NCBI GenBank assembly: GCA_043228905.1 | Contig: JBHGNT010000001.1 | Coordinates: forward strand, 2,666,001 to 2,730,000 | Source: Azolla caroliniana | Taxonomy: Eukaryota; Plantae; Polypodiophyta | DNA length: 64,000 nucleotides | Direction: 5' to 3' | Shown: positions 1 through 13,100 of the stretch, piece after piece | How positions within the stretch are numbered: the first letter of the stretch is position 1 | Layout: every line of letters begins with the position of its first letter | Program-made: the position numbers and the translations under genes | The notes under the pieces: model-generated | Seen by the model: only the letters and a program-made list of their open reading frames with translations | What the model was told of the DNA's origin: nothing | The model's database searches: none

Positions 1-1089
1 CTCTAATTATGGTTTTAAATTTTGGAGGTATCTCAATAAATCTCAAAGAAGCCCAAGGTAGTTTTGTAGAATACCCTTCCTTCGATTAGGAACTCTCCCC
101 CCCCCCCCCCCCTTGACCATGTCAACAATCCAACCATGTGAAAATTTCCATACTTGTGATGCACCCAAAAAGGCTTGAATTTCACATGGTTACCACCAAG
201 TTATTGTAGTAAATGAATAGAGGTGGACCGATTATAAGCGACGTGTAAAGTTTTTGTTGTTTCCCCAATAAAATACACTTCTAACTCCTAATATTTCCTA
301 TTAGACATCAAGAGTTATTCATATTCCTTACGTATAACGATTATTCTATCATGGGCTCTAAATCATCATTTTGAGATGTTATATTTCACCCTTAGCAAAT
401 GTTTTGTAATAATGCGCATATCATCATGATGTTTGAATGTGACACTCTTTGCATTTGGTTCACATTGAGTATTGTTTCTCACCAACTTGATATTCTAGCT
501 CATGTTTCTCTTTCTTGATTGTGATATTGTATTTACCACTATTGCTCAATGGTTGAATTAAGGTTCCATCTTTTGTGCTTGGGTGAAACAATTCATAGTA
601 GGCAATCGAGAAATCATTTTGCATCATCATTTATTTTGACGTAAAATCCCTTTCTTTCATCTTACATGCTAACTAATTTTCTCCTAGTTAGGTAGCATTG
701 GGTTGTCCAACCAATCATAGACATTTATTATATAGGTAATGGATGGATGACATTGAAGAAGGCCACTTAAATTTTTGTAAGTTCAAAGAGCAAGATGGAC
801 ATGTGTTTCAAACCCAAGCACCTCATAACACAATCCACTTAGAGATTATCGAAGAAACATATCAAAGATAATGAATATTCACAAAAAATTATTATGGTAA
901 AGCGCTAATTATGCACTTAACTAAAATAAATAAATCGTCCAATTTTGAAACTAAAGCCTCTCATTTATAGAGTCTTGAAATTATTAAAGTGGTACGATGC
1001 AATGCATTGTGACTACTTGTATCTTGAAACCATGTGGTGCCCTTGGGGAATCTCTACAGGTTAATGAATCCATGATGAGATCATTTGTA

Positions 1090-3400
1090 AATGTTTATTG
1101 CAAGACAATGTTATGCTTCAGGGAATGTTGCTTTCGTTGACATGTATGCCAAATGTAACGATTTGGATATGTAGGCTAAATGTGATAAACTATGAATAAC
1201 ACATAAAGTGCTCAAGGGGCTTCTGGTTCAAGATGTATGTGGTTTCTTGGAATGCATCCCAACATAGACCTAACTAGAAAGCATGGACTCCTTTTAAACA
1301 CAAGGCAAAATGACGGTGAGCATGGATATGATAAGGAGACACTCATGTGCTATGAGAAAATGTGAGTTGAAGGTGTGCCATTGGATGACATTACACTGGC
1401 TTGTATCTTAAAAGCTTGTGTTAGCAATGGAGACATTGCGGATGTTTCACGAACATATGTTGAAGTTATCCTCACGGGATTAGAAAAGGAGCTCCTTATC
1501 AGTGGTACTTTGGTAATTGATGTTTGTGCTAAATATAGCCTACTTGCAGAAACTCAACAACTGATTGGGGGGATGTTGAGAAGGTAATCTGTTGTGTTGA
1601 GAATATGTAACAAAAAGGTGTTTCTCAAGTCACTATACCATTACTTTGCAACGTGAAATCATATAATAGTATAGTATTCATCAAGCAAATGCATGCTGAG
1701 ATAATTAAGAAAGGATTCGACAAAGATCTTCTTATTGGTAGTACATTGGTTTATATGTATGTCCAAATTGGATGATTAAAGTAACACGTCAAGTTTTTGA
1801 CAACTTGCCAGTCAAAGATGCGATCCTATGGACTACATTAATAATTGGTTTGTAGAACACGAGCATGGCGAGGAAGCACTAAACCTCGTGAAGGATATGC
1901 AAACACATAATATCTTGCCAAATACATGTGTGCTTGTTTCTGGCTTGAAAGTTTGTGGTGATACTCGAGACATCAATCAATGTACTGTAATACATGCCGA
2001 GATTGCGAAGAAAGGGTTACATACTGAGACCTTAGTGTAATATCATTGTCAATACCTTAGTGGGTATGTATGCCAAATGTGGTTTCCTCTAAACAACACA
2101 ATAATTTTTTATGATCTTTCTATGAAATATGCAATTTCATGCAGTATAGTGACTATAGAACATGTGGAACATGGATATAGTGAGAGAGACAACACTCTCC
2201 TTTTTTTAGTAATGCATGCCAAATATGGAGAGTTTGTAAAATCTCAGAAAGTGCTTTGATAGGTTGCAATTTGAGTATAGTCTCTTGGACTACGCTTATT
2301 GCTGAATATGCTAAATAAGGTCAAGGCCACAAAGTTGGACTGTTTTAAACAGATTCAAAACGATGGCATTGCCCCAGATACTGTCACATACCCTAAATGC
2401 TTGTGGGACTCTTTGATTGATATGTACATCAAATGTAGTCTAATAATGGAATGTGATTGCATCTGGATATACTAACTATGGGCTCGAAAAGCGGCTGTTT
2501 TATGGCCTGGAACAAATGCAAGTAGAAGAAATTTGCTTGATTTGGCATAGAGTCTCTAACAAGAGAAGGGGGGTTTTACATGGTGATAATGCAAAAGAAG
2601 GATTTGAAAAAGATTTGTTTGTTGGTATAGTAAATGTGAACCAATAATTGAAGCCCGAGAGCCTTTTGATGGATTATTGTTGGTTGGAGATGTGGTACAA
2701 TGGACTGTCATGTTATTGGGCTATATTGAGCATGATAAGAATGAGGATGCTACACAACTCTATCTTCAAACGTTGGTGCAAGGCCTCTTACCTAATATGA
2801 TGACATTTTCTGGTATGTTGAAAGCATGTGGCAACATGGGAGATATACAGAAAGGGAACAACTTCCATGTTCAAATGTCCTTGTAATACATGGAGGTCAC
2901 ACAAACAAGTGCCTTATTGAGAAGTATGCTTGAAGCTTAACAAGTCTTTTCCATAAGACAAGCAAGAAGTATTTTTTAATGGTCTAGTTTAATTTCGAGA
3001 TATGCTCGAACGGAGAAACGGTGCATAAAACATTTAGCACATGTGTACAACGATTCTGATGTCCAAAGTATTATTTCAGCCATCTCTCATCAACATGGAG
3101 GCTGCAAATATCCATGAATCAAAAATGTTTTTAGGTCCCTTTCTCCTCAAGAATGGATGGATGAATTTATGGTTGGCATTAGCTTTGTTTTGGTGGTGTT
3201 GTTCTTCTCACTAAAACAACCATCAATTTTTGTATTGCTTATGATTTTATAATACCAGGGCGTATCTTTTGTTTGGGAAAAAATAAAAACATTTAACACA
3301 GTTATGGTTTCAAATATCGTCTCATGGAATGCGCTAAAAAGAGGCTATAGAGACTATGGATATGCCGAGGAAGGGTTGTATTAGCTTAGAACAGATTCAA
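1090..3400 (+). pseudogene. Decayed PLS-class pentatricopeptide repeat (PPR) gene
   Basis: PLS-PPR motifs recur in shifting frames with many stops: VDMYAKC (~1137), VSWNA (~1240), ITLACILKAC (~1390), QVFDNLPVKDAILWTTL (~1790), HAEIAKKGL (~1993), LVGMYAKCG (~2057), LIDMYIKCS (~2413), DVVQWTVMLLGY...PNMMTFSGMLKACG (2689-2832), IVSWNAL (~3316). Boundaries are approximate. Confidence 0.88.
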
Positions 3401-4536
3401 CACAATATATGTATATATTTTCCTTTAATTTTAATATACCAATGGAGGATATTTTTATGGGAAAAAAAAAAGTGGTACGATGCGATAAATATGGCAAAGA
3501 GTTAATTTTGCACCTAATTAAAAAACATAAACTAAACTTGAAACTAGATCCTCTCATTTATATAACCTTGGAATTAATAATGGTGTACACTATGATCAAT
3601 TTTGTTTGCAGATATAGGTGTAAATATCATGGTGATCCCCATATGAAAATTGTATATATTTACAAGGGACTAGAGGTCAATGTATAGCCCCCATGCGTGA
3701 ACTTGCATAATAATATATGACAATATGTGATTGGATGACTACATCACATTCCAATGATTGAGTTGCATGATTTAGTTGAGAATTAGAGAGTTTTTTCTAG
3801 TTTTGGGTGAGCTTATTAAAACGATATGTTCTTTAATGACAACATGCAATTCTTTTTCGTATATTCCCTTAGCACCTTGTGCCTGACTATCACCTTTGTC
3901 ACACTAGTCGTGGTCATTCATTGTATAGCTGTTGTCATTATCCATATCGAGGTCTTTGCCCCTGTTGTCATTATAATTGTCAATGTATTGTAGACATCAT
4001 CATTGCGGTGGTGGTGTTGATTGTCGTCTTTAATTCACTTGTATATATATCAGTCCAATCACCATGATATAACACGTACGAAGACAATTGGTTGCAACTT
4101 CTCACATCCATGCAATGTGTTTTCATACATTTGTGGTGCATTTGAGTTTCGGAAACTAATTGTTATGTTTTTACCAATGAACTTATGAAATCCAATCATA
4201 CAATGAGATCCCTTGATGTCCCGGTTTACGGTGCCTATAATTGTAGTGTTTAGGAAAAAACTAGACACGCACATACAATGAAACATATAATATATGTAAC
4301 TACATGTATGATAACGCACTTAGGAATTATTGTTATTGTAAAGAGTATAAGCTCAACATCCCCATTTATGTGCTACATTTAATGTACAATAAATTCAAGT
4401 ACTAAGATGAAGAATATTTGACACACAATATTGCGTGTCTACCGTAAGTGCAACATTGGCATGATAATTCTTCCTCCTTGTTTTCCATTCACGTCACATA
4501 CTTGCACGTGATTTTAAGTGTTGTTAAGCACCTATT

Positions 4537-4975
4537 TGTTGGGAAACATGTCCCACCGGATGGGAAGAACAAGAATCGAATCGGATGGCGTCGATGAGTA
4601 ATTCGGTCGAGGCCGAAAACCGAAATTGAAAATCAAATAATCGAATTTATGACCGATTCGGGAGACTATATTTGTAAAAAGTCTAAATGTGCCCCATGTG
4701 GGCTATATATGTAAATAGTTAGAAAGTTGTATAAGTATAAATACAACTAGGGCAAACTTTATTGAGATAATTGTATAATAGTGTTTCGTTTCTTGGGGTT
4801 GTAGAACCCCATGGTTTTTCCCTTTCGGGTTTTCCACGTAAAACATCTAATGTCTCTGTGCTCTCTCATTTCGTGTATTTTTTGTTTTCTATTTTGCCTG
4901 TGCACTATCAAACTCAATTCTTTGCGCCCGAACATACGTACGAGAAACCGCTTGTGGTAAGTTCCGATCCCAACG
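4537..4975 (+). mobile_element. Solo LTR of an LTR retrotransposon (Copia-like)
   Basis: Starts TGTTGGGA and ends TCCCAACG (inverted termini, last base changed from CA). Flanked by a perfect 5-bp direct repeat CTATT (4532-4536 and 4976-4980). Has an internal TATA-like tract (~4704) and a GGTTTTTCCC...GGGTTTTCCACGTAAAA motif (~4813-4843) that I recognise from plant LTRs. CpG-richer than the flanks. Confidence 0.85.
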
Positions 4976-7137
4976 CTATTTGTGTATGTTGGGGTTAGAT
5001 AATGTGCAAGTATCGAAGTTCTAAGTTGGAACTGTTATTAATATCTTATGTCACAACCTTTTTGGTGACCACTGCCAACAATGGTTTGTCAACATAAGAT
5101 GATGTGGTAGAGAGACCAAGCTAAGAACACCACTTAAATGCAATTATAAAATGATATCGAAAAGACCAACTTGTTTTTTTGCTTAACCTGAAACGCCTAT
5201 ATTTTGTGAATGACAAACATAAATTGTCATGGGTGAATCAAAGTACAAAACTGAAATTATCTACAATCATGGGACAAAGAAACAATAATGATCGTGATCA
5301 AAAGAAAATATCTATCTTCTTGTATTCTAGACACTAATGCATGTCATGGTATAAAATGGACCCATTGGATAATATCTAGTGGGTGTAATGGAAAGTTTTA
5401 TTTCCATTTTCCATCATAATCACACCTTTTGATAACAAGAAGTATCTTTATCAAATGTACATTCGGTTCCTAATGTCAAAAGGATGCAAATTGTGTTTAT
5501 CAATAAGATTGACATGCAAATTCAGTTCCTAACCAATGTGATTGACCTAAAAATATCTAAGATGCATACTAATTATCGACTAAAGGTAAAACATGTTAAT
5601 GTGCCAACAAGTTTGAAAATTACAATTCTAATATTGTTGACATGGCAAGCGCTAATATATTCCTAAGATTAACATAATTTGTTTGGTGGATGAGATGTAT
5701 CATTTGTAAGCAAGTTCAACATCTACGGATGACAATGAGTGTCTACAATTTGACATTTTATTGTTGTTGGGCAATATGAAAACAAATCTAAGGCAATGTT
5801 CCTCTCCGAGTTCTTTCTCAAAGATTTCTAGGAGTAATGTGATATGACCTTTTCGTTGATTATTTTGTTCTTTACACTTTTCAAGCCATCAACATTCCAA
5901 TATGTGATTTAACATTACACGGTTAAAGAAACTTGAATCTCGTTGACATTGGTGAGATCTTGCTCATCCCTTAAAAAATCGATGCCCAACCATTACATTA
6001 CGAAGGATAACCTTGTACGTGAAAACATGTTAAGCGGAAAAATTCAAATCTTGTTGTTTGTGTAGCGTTGAAAGCCATGTTACGAGGCCTTTCCAAAACA
6101 AGGAAGAGGCACAAAAGGTGTTGAATTTTCAATGGCAATGATATGTAATAAGAAGGCAACTGAAGGTGTCCGATCCTCTATGGGTTCTTGAATCAACAGA
6201 CCAAATGGGAGGACATATGCTTTGTAGGCCTTTAGCAAGCAAATGGGCGGATAGTCAGATTGGGCGATCAAAGAAACCGGGAGGAGAAAAACTTAGATAA
6301 TTTGAATCCCCTTTTTTTTTCTCAATAAAGGTTTTACCCTAACGTGAGAATGGAAGTACAAATATAAGATTTGATGGGCACATATGTATGCATATGTACA
6401 TTTGCATATTCCATGCCATTAATTCATGATGGATTTATTTGATCATGGGTGTTAAAATCAATGAAATAACTGTAGTGGGTCAGGTTGAAATTAGGGTTTT
6501 GGGCGGTAGAGATGCAAGAAGACAGACAGACAGAAAGAAGAGTTGATTAAAGAAGTGTTTGATTCAAGGAAAGAAATCAAGGCCCTAAAGGTTATACAAA
6601 AGGTCCTACTGCGTTTCTTTCTCTCTTCTTCTTGCACTATACACACACATATATATTTGCATTTTGTTTTCAATGTTATTTCTTGTTCATCCTCCATCAG
6701 ATCTGTATATAATTTCATTCTGTTATTTATTGCTTTATATTGGGTTTGATTTCACAAGGCTTGTATGACTTATCACATGCATACAAATATCAGTTACTTC
6801 CTTCTTTGAAATAGAGAGACCAAGAAAAGAAAGTATAGCTTCTCTAATTCCTTTTATTTTGTTTCTTTTTTGATGCATTGCTTCTTATAAACGTACTTCA
6901 TTAAATGTGGATTTAATTTTTATTTTCCAATTCAGTGGAAAACCTAACGACACTGAACCCAAAAGTAAAATGTACACCTTTCAGGATTTGTTTCATTCTT
7001 CCTGACAAAGCTGATTCTGAAAGATGAAAGGCAATATTTTATGAGGAAATGTTAGGGCCGAGTTACTCGATGCTGAAAGATGAAAGTCAATGTTTTGATA
7101 AGAAAATGTTAGGGCGAAGTTACTGATACATCGTTTA

Positions 7138-10100
7138 ATGATGAATGTGGAAAACAATGATGGAGTTTTTGAGCAAGTTTTTGGATGGTGCAATTATGAG
7201 AAAGCAGCTTCACCGTATACAAACATGAAAAGAAAGGTTGGAGGGGAAGAGAATCTTATGGTATTTATACTTCAAAAGCAGGAGCTAGCTTTGATGAGTG
7301 AAGATTCTGTCAGTTATGGGCCAACCTCATTGGAAAGGTTTGCTCTAATAACGTTGAACTACAATGTCTTATTATCCGAACATGGTGGCTACTTAGTTGA
7401 AGTCAGGACAATGGATTCACAAGAGGTTTGTCATGATGAAAAAATGGGTGTCTTTACTCCTTTTCAAGAGAGGTGTGAGGATTCAGAAAAGGTTTGTCGA
7501 GATGAATTGGGTATCTTTTATCCGTTTCCAAATTGGTGTGAAGATTTGCAAGAGGTTTGTCAATGTGAAGCAATGAATATTGTTACTCCTTTTGAACAAA
7601 GGTGCCAATATTTACCAGGGATTTGCGAAAATGAAGCAATGGGTGTCATTGGTAATGTTGAACAGGGGTGGTGCAAAAATTCACAGGAGGCTTGGCAAGA
7701 TGAAGAAATAGGTATCATTCCTCCTTGCCGATGTGTTGCAATGGGTCTCATCTCTCTGTTTAAGGAGAGATGTGAAGATTCACAAGACGCTCGTCGAGAA
7801 GGTGACATGAGCCAAATTTTTAATCTTGAAGAAAGAGGTCCAGGTTTTCGAGAGGTCTGTGGAGATGAAGAAAATGTTCTCGTTACTCTTAAAGAAAGAT
7901 GCAAAAATGTTTGTCAAGGTAGTTTTAATAAGTCTGTTGAAGAGATCAGCTTTGCTTCTAGTTGCTGTAGGGATTGTCCCAAGAGACTTGAGTGTGGAAC
8001 CAGAAACTTCATTGAAGTTGAAGAGAAGGATGCTGATAAAGATAAGGAGGGACGAGACCGCCAAAATGAGCAGAGTAATGCAAATAAGCATGCTAAAAAG
8101 GAGAGGGCTGAAGCCATTGGAAACAAAGGAGATGTTAATGCAGCTGGTGAAACTGACAATGTTGGTGAAGAAAATAGGGATAAAGAGGGTGGAGAAGGAG
8201 ATGAAGATAAAGACAAAGAAGGAGAAGATAAGCTTGATGGTGATGAAGAGGAAGGAGAGGAAGAGGGAGAAGAAGAAGAAGACGGAGAGGGAGAGGGAGA
8301 GGAGAAGAAGGGCGAAGAAGAGGGTATTAGCGACATGCATTCTGCAGTTTGTGCTTCTTCAGTTCCATCATTGGAACACATTCAAGATTCTAGAAGGTTT
8401 TTGACATATGACATGTTTTATGATGAAGAGTTCTCAAATAGTGAGCTCGCTATCTCTTGCTCCTATCAGTACTCACGGAGATATTCAAGGAGACGTCGAG
8501 ATGTTAATCAAGAAGCAGATTCTGGTTGTAAGATGCAAATCACTGACAAAGGCATTTCTAATTCTCACATTCAGTCAACTGTTATTGATCTACATGGACA
8601 AACTTCATCTGATACATCTAAAGATTGTCAGACTGATGCAAGTGTCCATTGTAACAAGGGTCAAACTTCATATTGTGGAAGCCCTTGTCGTCATTCTATT
8701 ACAGATGAAAGCTTTCAAGCATCACTGGAACTATCTAGAAGACCTTCTAGTGACGTAAATGCATCCCATAATGACATGCTAAAGCTTTATGATAGTCCGT
8801 CCTATCAAACATCGTCAGATGCGTCTAAGGACTTTTCTTGTGTCTCACCAAAGCACCCCACTCAACCTAGTGGAATAAAGTTAAAAATCAAGCTTCCAAG
8901 GGAAGAAATGTTGCAAATAAACAATGTAAATGATGGGACAAATGAGGAAGTCATAAGTAACCATAATGAAGAGAAAACCATGAAACAGTTACCTACCACT
9001 GCGAAGGCACTCTTGTCATCTGGTTTACTTGAAGGATCCCGTGTATACTATCAATATAGAGGAAATGAAGTAAGCTTTTATGACCAGAAATGAATACATC
9101 AATTTCTTGTTATGTTCAGGTTATGTAATGATGGTTATGAAATACCATTTGAATTAGATTTTTCTCACTGGAGTAGTCAAAGGAGGAGGGATTTTATGCA
9201 ATTGTAAAATATGTGGAGGAAGAAATGTACGTGTTTACGTCAATGACTTACCTTCTTCTACCATGACTTTAGGCTTATTGACATTCTTTATTTGTTTTTC
9301 TTCTTTTCTCGTAAAGATTGTGAATGTCTCGAGCTTCGAGAGGCATGCGGGGAGTAATGCACGACATCCTAGTGACTACATTTTTCTTGAAAATGGGAAG
9401 TCACTTCAGGACGTTCTAAGAAATGGTAGGAACAATAACCAAGGAAACTGCATTGGTAAAGTTCGTAAAGCTTGTTATGATACTGAAGGAGATACTAATA
9501 GTAGGCGCCAAAGAACTACTGTTTCAGCTTTTCGCAAGAAAAGCCCCTCTTCCAATGCAGGTAATTTAGATCAAATGTCCTCTAGATTCTATAATTTATT
9601 TAATTGACTCGTAATTGGGCAATAAGTCCATTTGTCTCTGTTGGCTTGAGGACTATCTTTCAGGCCCTCTAAACTTGAAGAATGAGGCTGATTCAAAAAT
9701 GATTGTCCATACACCACAAAATTCACAAGCTAGGTAACATCGCAGGATTTGAAGCTGTTTTTCCATCAGATTCTTGAGATATCAATTTTATTACTAGCAT
9801 TGGAAGCTGTGTTTTCATTAGATTCGCAAACTAGCTGTTTGACTAACCCTGCCATATTACCTTTTTAAGTTAGTCTTCTCTAGTTTAGTAATACAAATAG
9901 AAAATGATCCACATTTTTAGTAGCACTTCCGGATCTTCTAATCAGAGAATGGTTTCAGGGATGGAAGTCGGCACAAAATGCTGTTTTTACCCGGGGGATT
10001 GTCAGATGGAACCGAGGTCTCTTACTACGTTAAAGGACAGGTCCAAGCTGCTATCTGAGTTTCTCTTATACAAGATATTTTAATAACTTTGAATGCTTTT

Positions 10101-13100
10101 GATGGCGTGTGAAGTCTTCTGAAGGCTAGTTTTTTTTGTAGTGTTATTTGACTGGCATAAAAATGGGACATGGGATCTGTTGTGGCTGTTGTAATGAAGT
10201 GGTGAGATCTATAAATTGTCAGTTGTTGGCTACGGATGAATTCTAAATCCACATGTTTATTTTTTAACACTTTTGTAATGCCTTTTCAGATAAGTTGCTC
10301 ACAATTTGAAGCTCATGCTGGATGGGCTTCTCGTCGGAATGCGTAAGCCATCATGCCTTGTTTGCTGGGTAATTTACTTGGGTATAATCTATTAATTATG
10401 CCATTATGATATCAGATACATCAGCATGTTCCTCTCCAATGGACAATCTCTGCACGAATATGCACTAACTCTTTCAGCTAAGGATCAAAACGCAAGAGAC
10501 ATTAATGCTTCAAGAGATAGGAATGATTATTGTGCTGAATGTGGTGACAGTGGAGTTCTCATTGGTTGTAATACATGCCCCAGGGCTTACCATGCAGGTA
10601 AATAATGCCTATATGATTTTGCTTGGACCTGGTTATAATCAATTCAATTTGGAGTTTCTCTGAGCGGTTGTCCACCAGTCATTCATAAATGCGATTGAAT
10701 ATTTTTTTCTGAATGAAAAGATATAAATATAAATGAGAGAAGAACATCTATGTTCAAAATTTTGAAAGAATGAATAAATTGCCGAGGAAATCAACATGTT
10801 TTTTACTGAAACTAGTTTACGTGACAACTATAGGCCAACTTCCCTTTGGAATAATGTCTTTAGATATAGCATGAAACCGAGTTGACTTACACCTTTCTTG
10901 ATTCAATGTGAATTTTAACAAGCTGCTTAGCTGAGCAACTACTTAAATCTGTTGCCCAAATTGTGACATAGAAGTGTCTTGAAATTCTTCCCCAGTCATA
11001 TTTAATGCTAGTTTGGAATATGGAGTTTGTCGCAGCTAGACAAGCTAGAAATCTTGGTTATTGATCATATCTTCCTTGTACTATATGTTCTGGACCATCT
11101 GAGGTTACATATGAACAGGAGCTGAGAGTATGTGATATTTAAGTCAGGGTTCAGAAAACATGATAAGGGATTAATCCTATTTTTTCTTCACCATTGTATA
11201 TTATGGAACTGGTATGATCAGATCCAGTTGGGACATAGTTTCTGTCTTCACTGTTTTTCATCTAAGCAGCTATATATCTGATTAAGAACTATTTGATAAG
11301 ATTATTCTTGTACAATAGAAAAAGCTAGCAAATTTGTCCTGAGGATGCTGCTTCTGATTTGTGAGAATGATGTATAGGATCATCTATTTGTATGTACAGT
11401 TATTAGCTCTAGCACATTGGAGAGTGTGTAGATTTCAATTATATCGAGAATAAGCATATGCTTGCTTTTATGATTTATACTTTGGTGCTTCTATTACATG
11501 CTAAGGATATGGTCATAGATTATGAGTCCTTTGCATAACACAGGTGCCGAGATTCCTTTCTCTGCTGCCACATTTTGGTAATATATATGCTAGAGATTTA
11601 GAGTGTATACAAAGTTTTAGCCTAAGAACTTTTAGGACAGACATTACGCAATCATTATTTTCTCAGCCATCTTTTGTGGTTTAATATTATTGAATTCATG
11701 CACATTGCATCCAAGGAATAAAGGTAGAATTTTTATTATGTTCATATTGTTTTTCCATTTCCATCTCAATCTACAGGTTGCATTTACATTTTATAAATGT
11801 TATATTTTAGTGTTTTTCATTGATATTGGATTTTAGGATTCTGCTCATTTCTTCCTTTTCTTTTATCTACATATATGTCATCCTTTAAGTACTGTGCTTT
11901 TTTTATGTTGAATCTTTTAATTTATAAATATCGTCCTGCTGTTTTCTGTTTCTCTTTGGTAACCATGTCGTGCAATGCATTTGGATGCTTATTGAACTAG
12001 TTCATTAATACTCATTCTTTGTGATATTTGGCATCTAAAATGGACTAAATTGCATTCCACTTGTTAATCTTATTATAGATATTGATGAATCCTACAACAG
12101 GAACAGACTTCTGATAAGATAATTTAAAAAAATATCATTAGTGGGCATGGATACTGAAATCTGCAATCTGGATGCTAATACCGTGGATGGTCCTTTCTTT
12201 TCTGTGTAGTTATGGTTCTTTATATGCCATATATGAATGAAATTGTAATCTGTTTTTTCTCCTTTAATTTTTGCAGAATGTGCTGGTATTTCAAGCATTC
12301 CTGGAGATGTCTTGTGCTGCTCCATATGTGAAAGTGAGAGAAATCAGACATCAAAGGTTATAAGAGGCTGTGGGAGATCCATTAGCTTGTCGATTAGAGA
12401 GAAGTTATCACTGCGATGTCAACGTGTTGTCAAGGCATCACAAAACACTTTAGGGGGCTGTGTATTCTGCAAGTAAAGTGCCCCTCTATCTGAATTCAAA
12501 TTTTCGATGACATGCATTCTCTATTTGGTGATGTAGTATGTGCAAAATTTAAATGGAACTTTGAAAAATTGCATAACATGATTATTTGGTATTTTATTGG
12601 TGTACCTTTTTGTGTATATGTGTGCATATTATTATCATGTACGCCTTGTATATGTTATATGGAAATATCTTACTTCTTGGAGAAAGTGATAAACTCAGTA
12701 TGATAGATCACATACCTAATAGCATTTGTGGATGTTGATATCTGAACTTCACCTCTCTTTGGACATTGATGAGGCGAGTAAGATATGGCATAGCATCATA
12801 ATTCAAGAAGTTTTCCAAATTCAAAACAAAACCAATGGAAATATCTTACTTCTTGGAGAAAGTGATAAAATCAGTATGATAGATCACATACCTAATAGCA
12901 TTTGTGGATGCTGATATCTGAACTTCACCTCTCTTTGGACATTGATGAGGCGAGTAAGATATGACATAGCATCATAATTCGAGAAGTTTTCCAAATTCAA
13001 AACAAAACCAATGGAAATATCTTACTTCTTGGAGAAAGTTATAAAATCAGTATGATAGATCACATACCTAATAACATTTGTGGATGTTGATATCCATATG

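Noticed and set aside
7560-8758. Several overlapping ORFs on both strands (114-192 aa)
   Set aside because: Shadow frames of the low-complexity acidic exon 1 of the IDM1-like gene.
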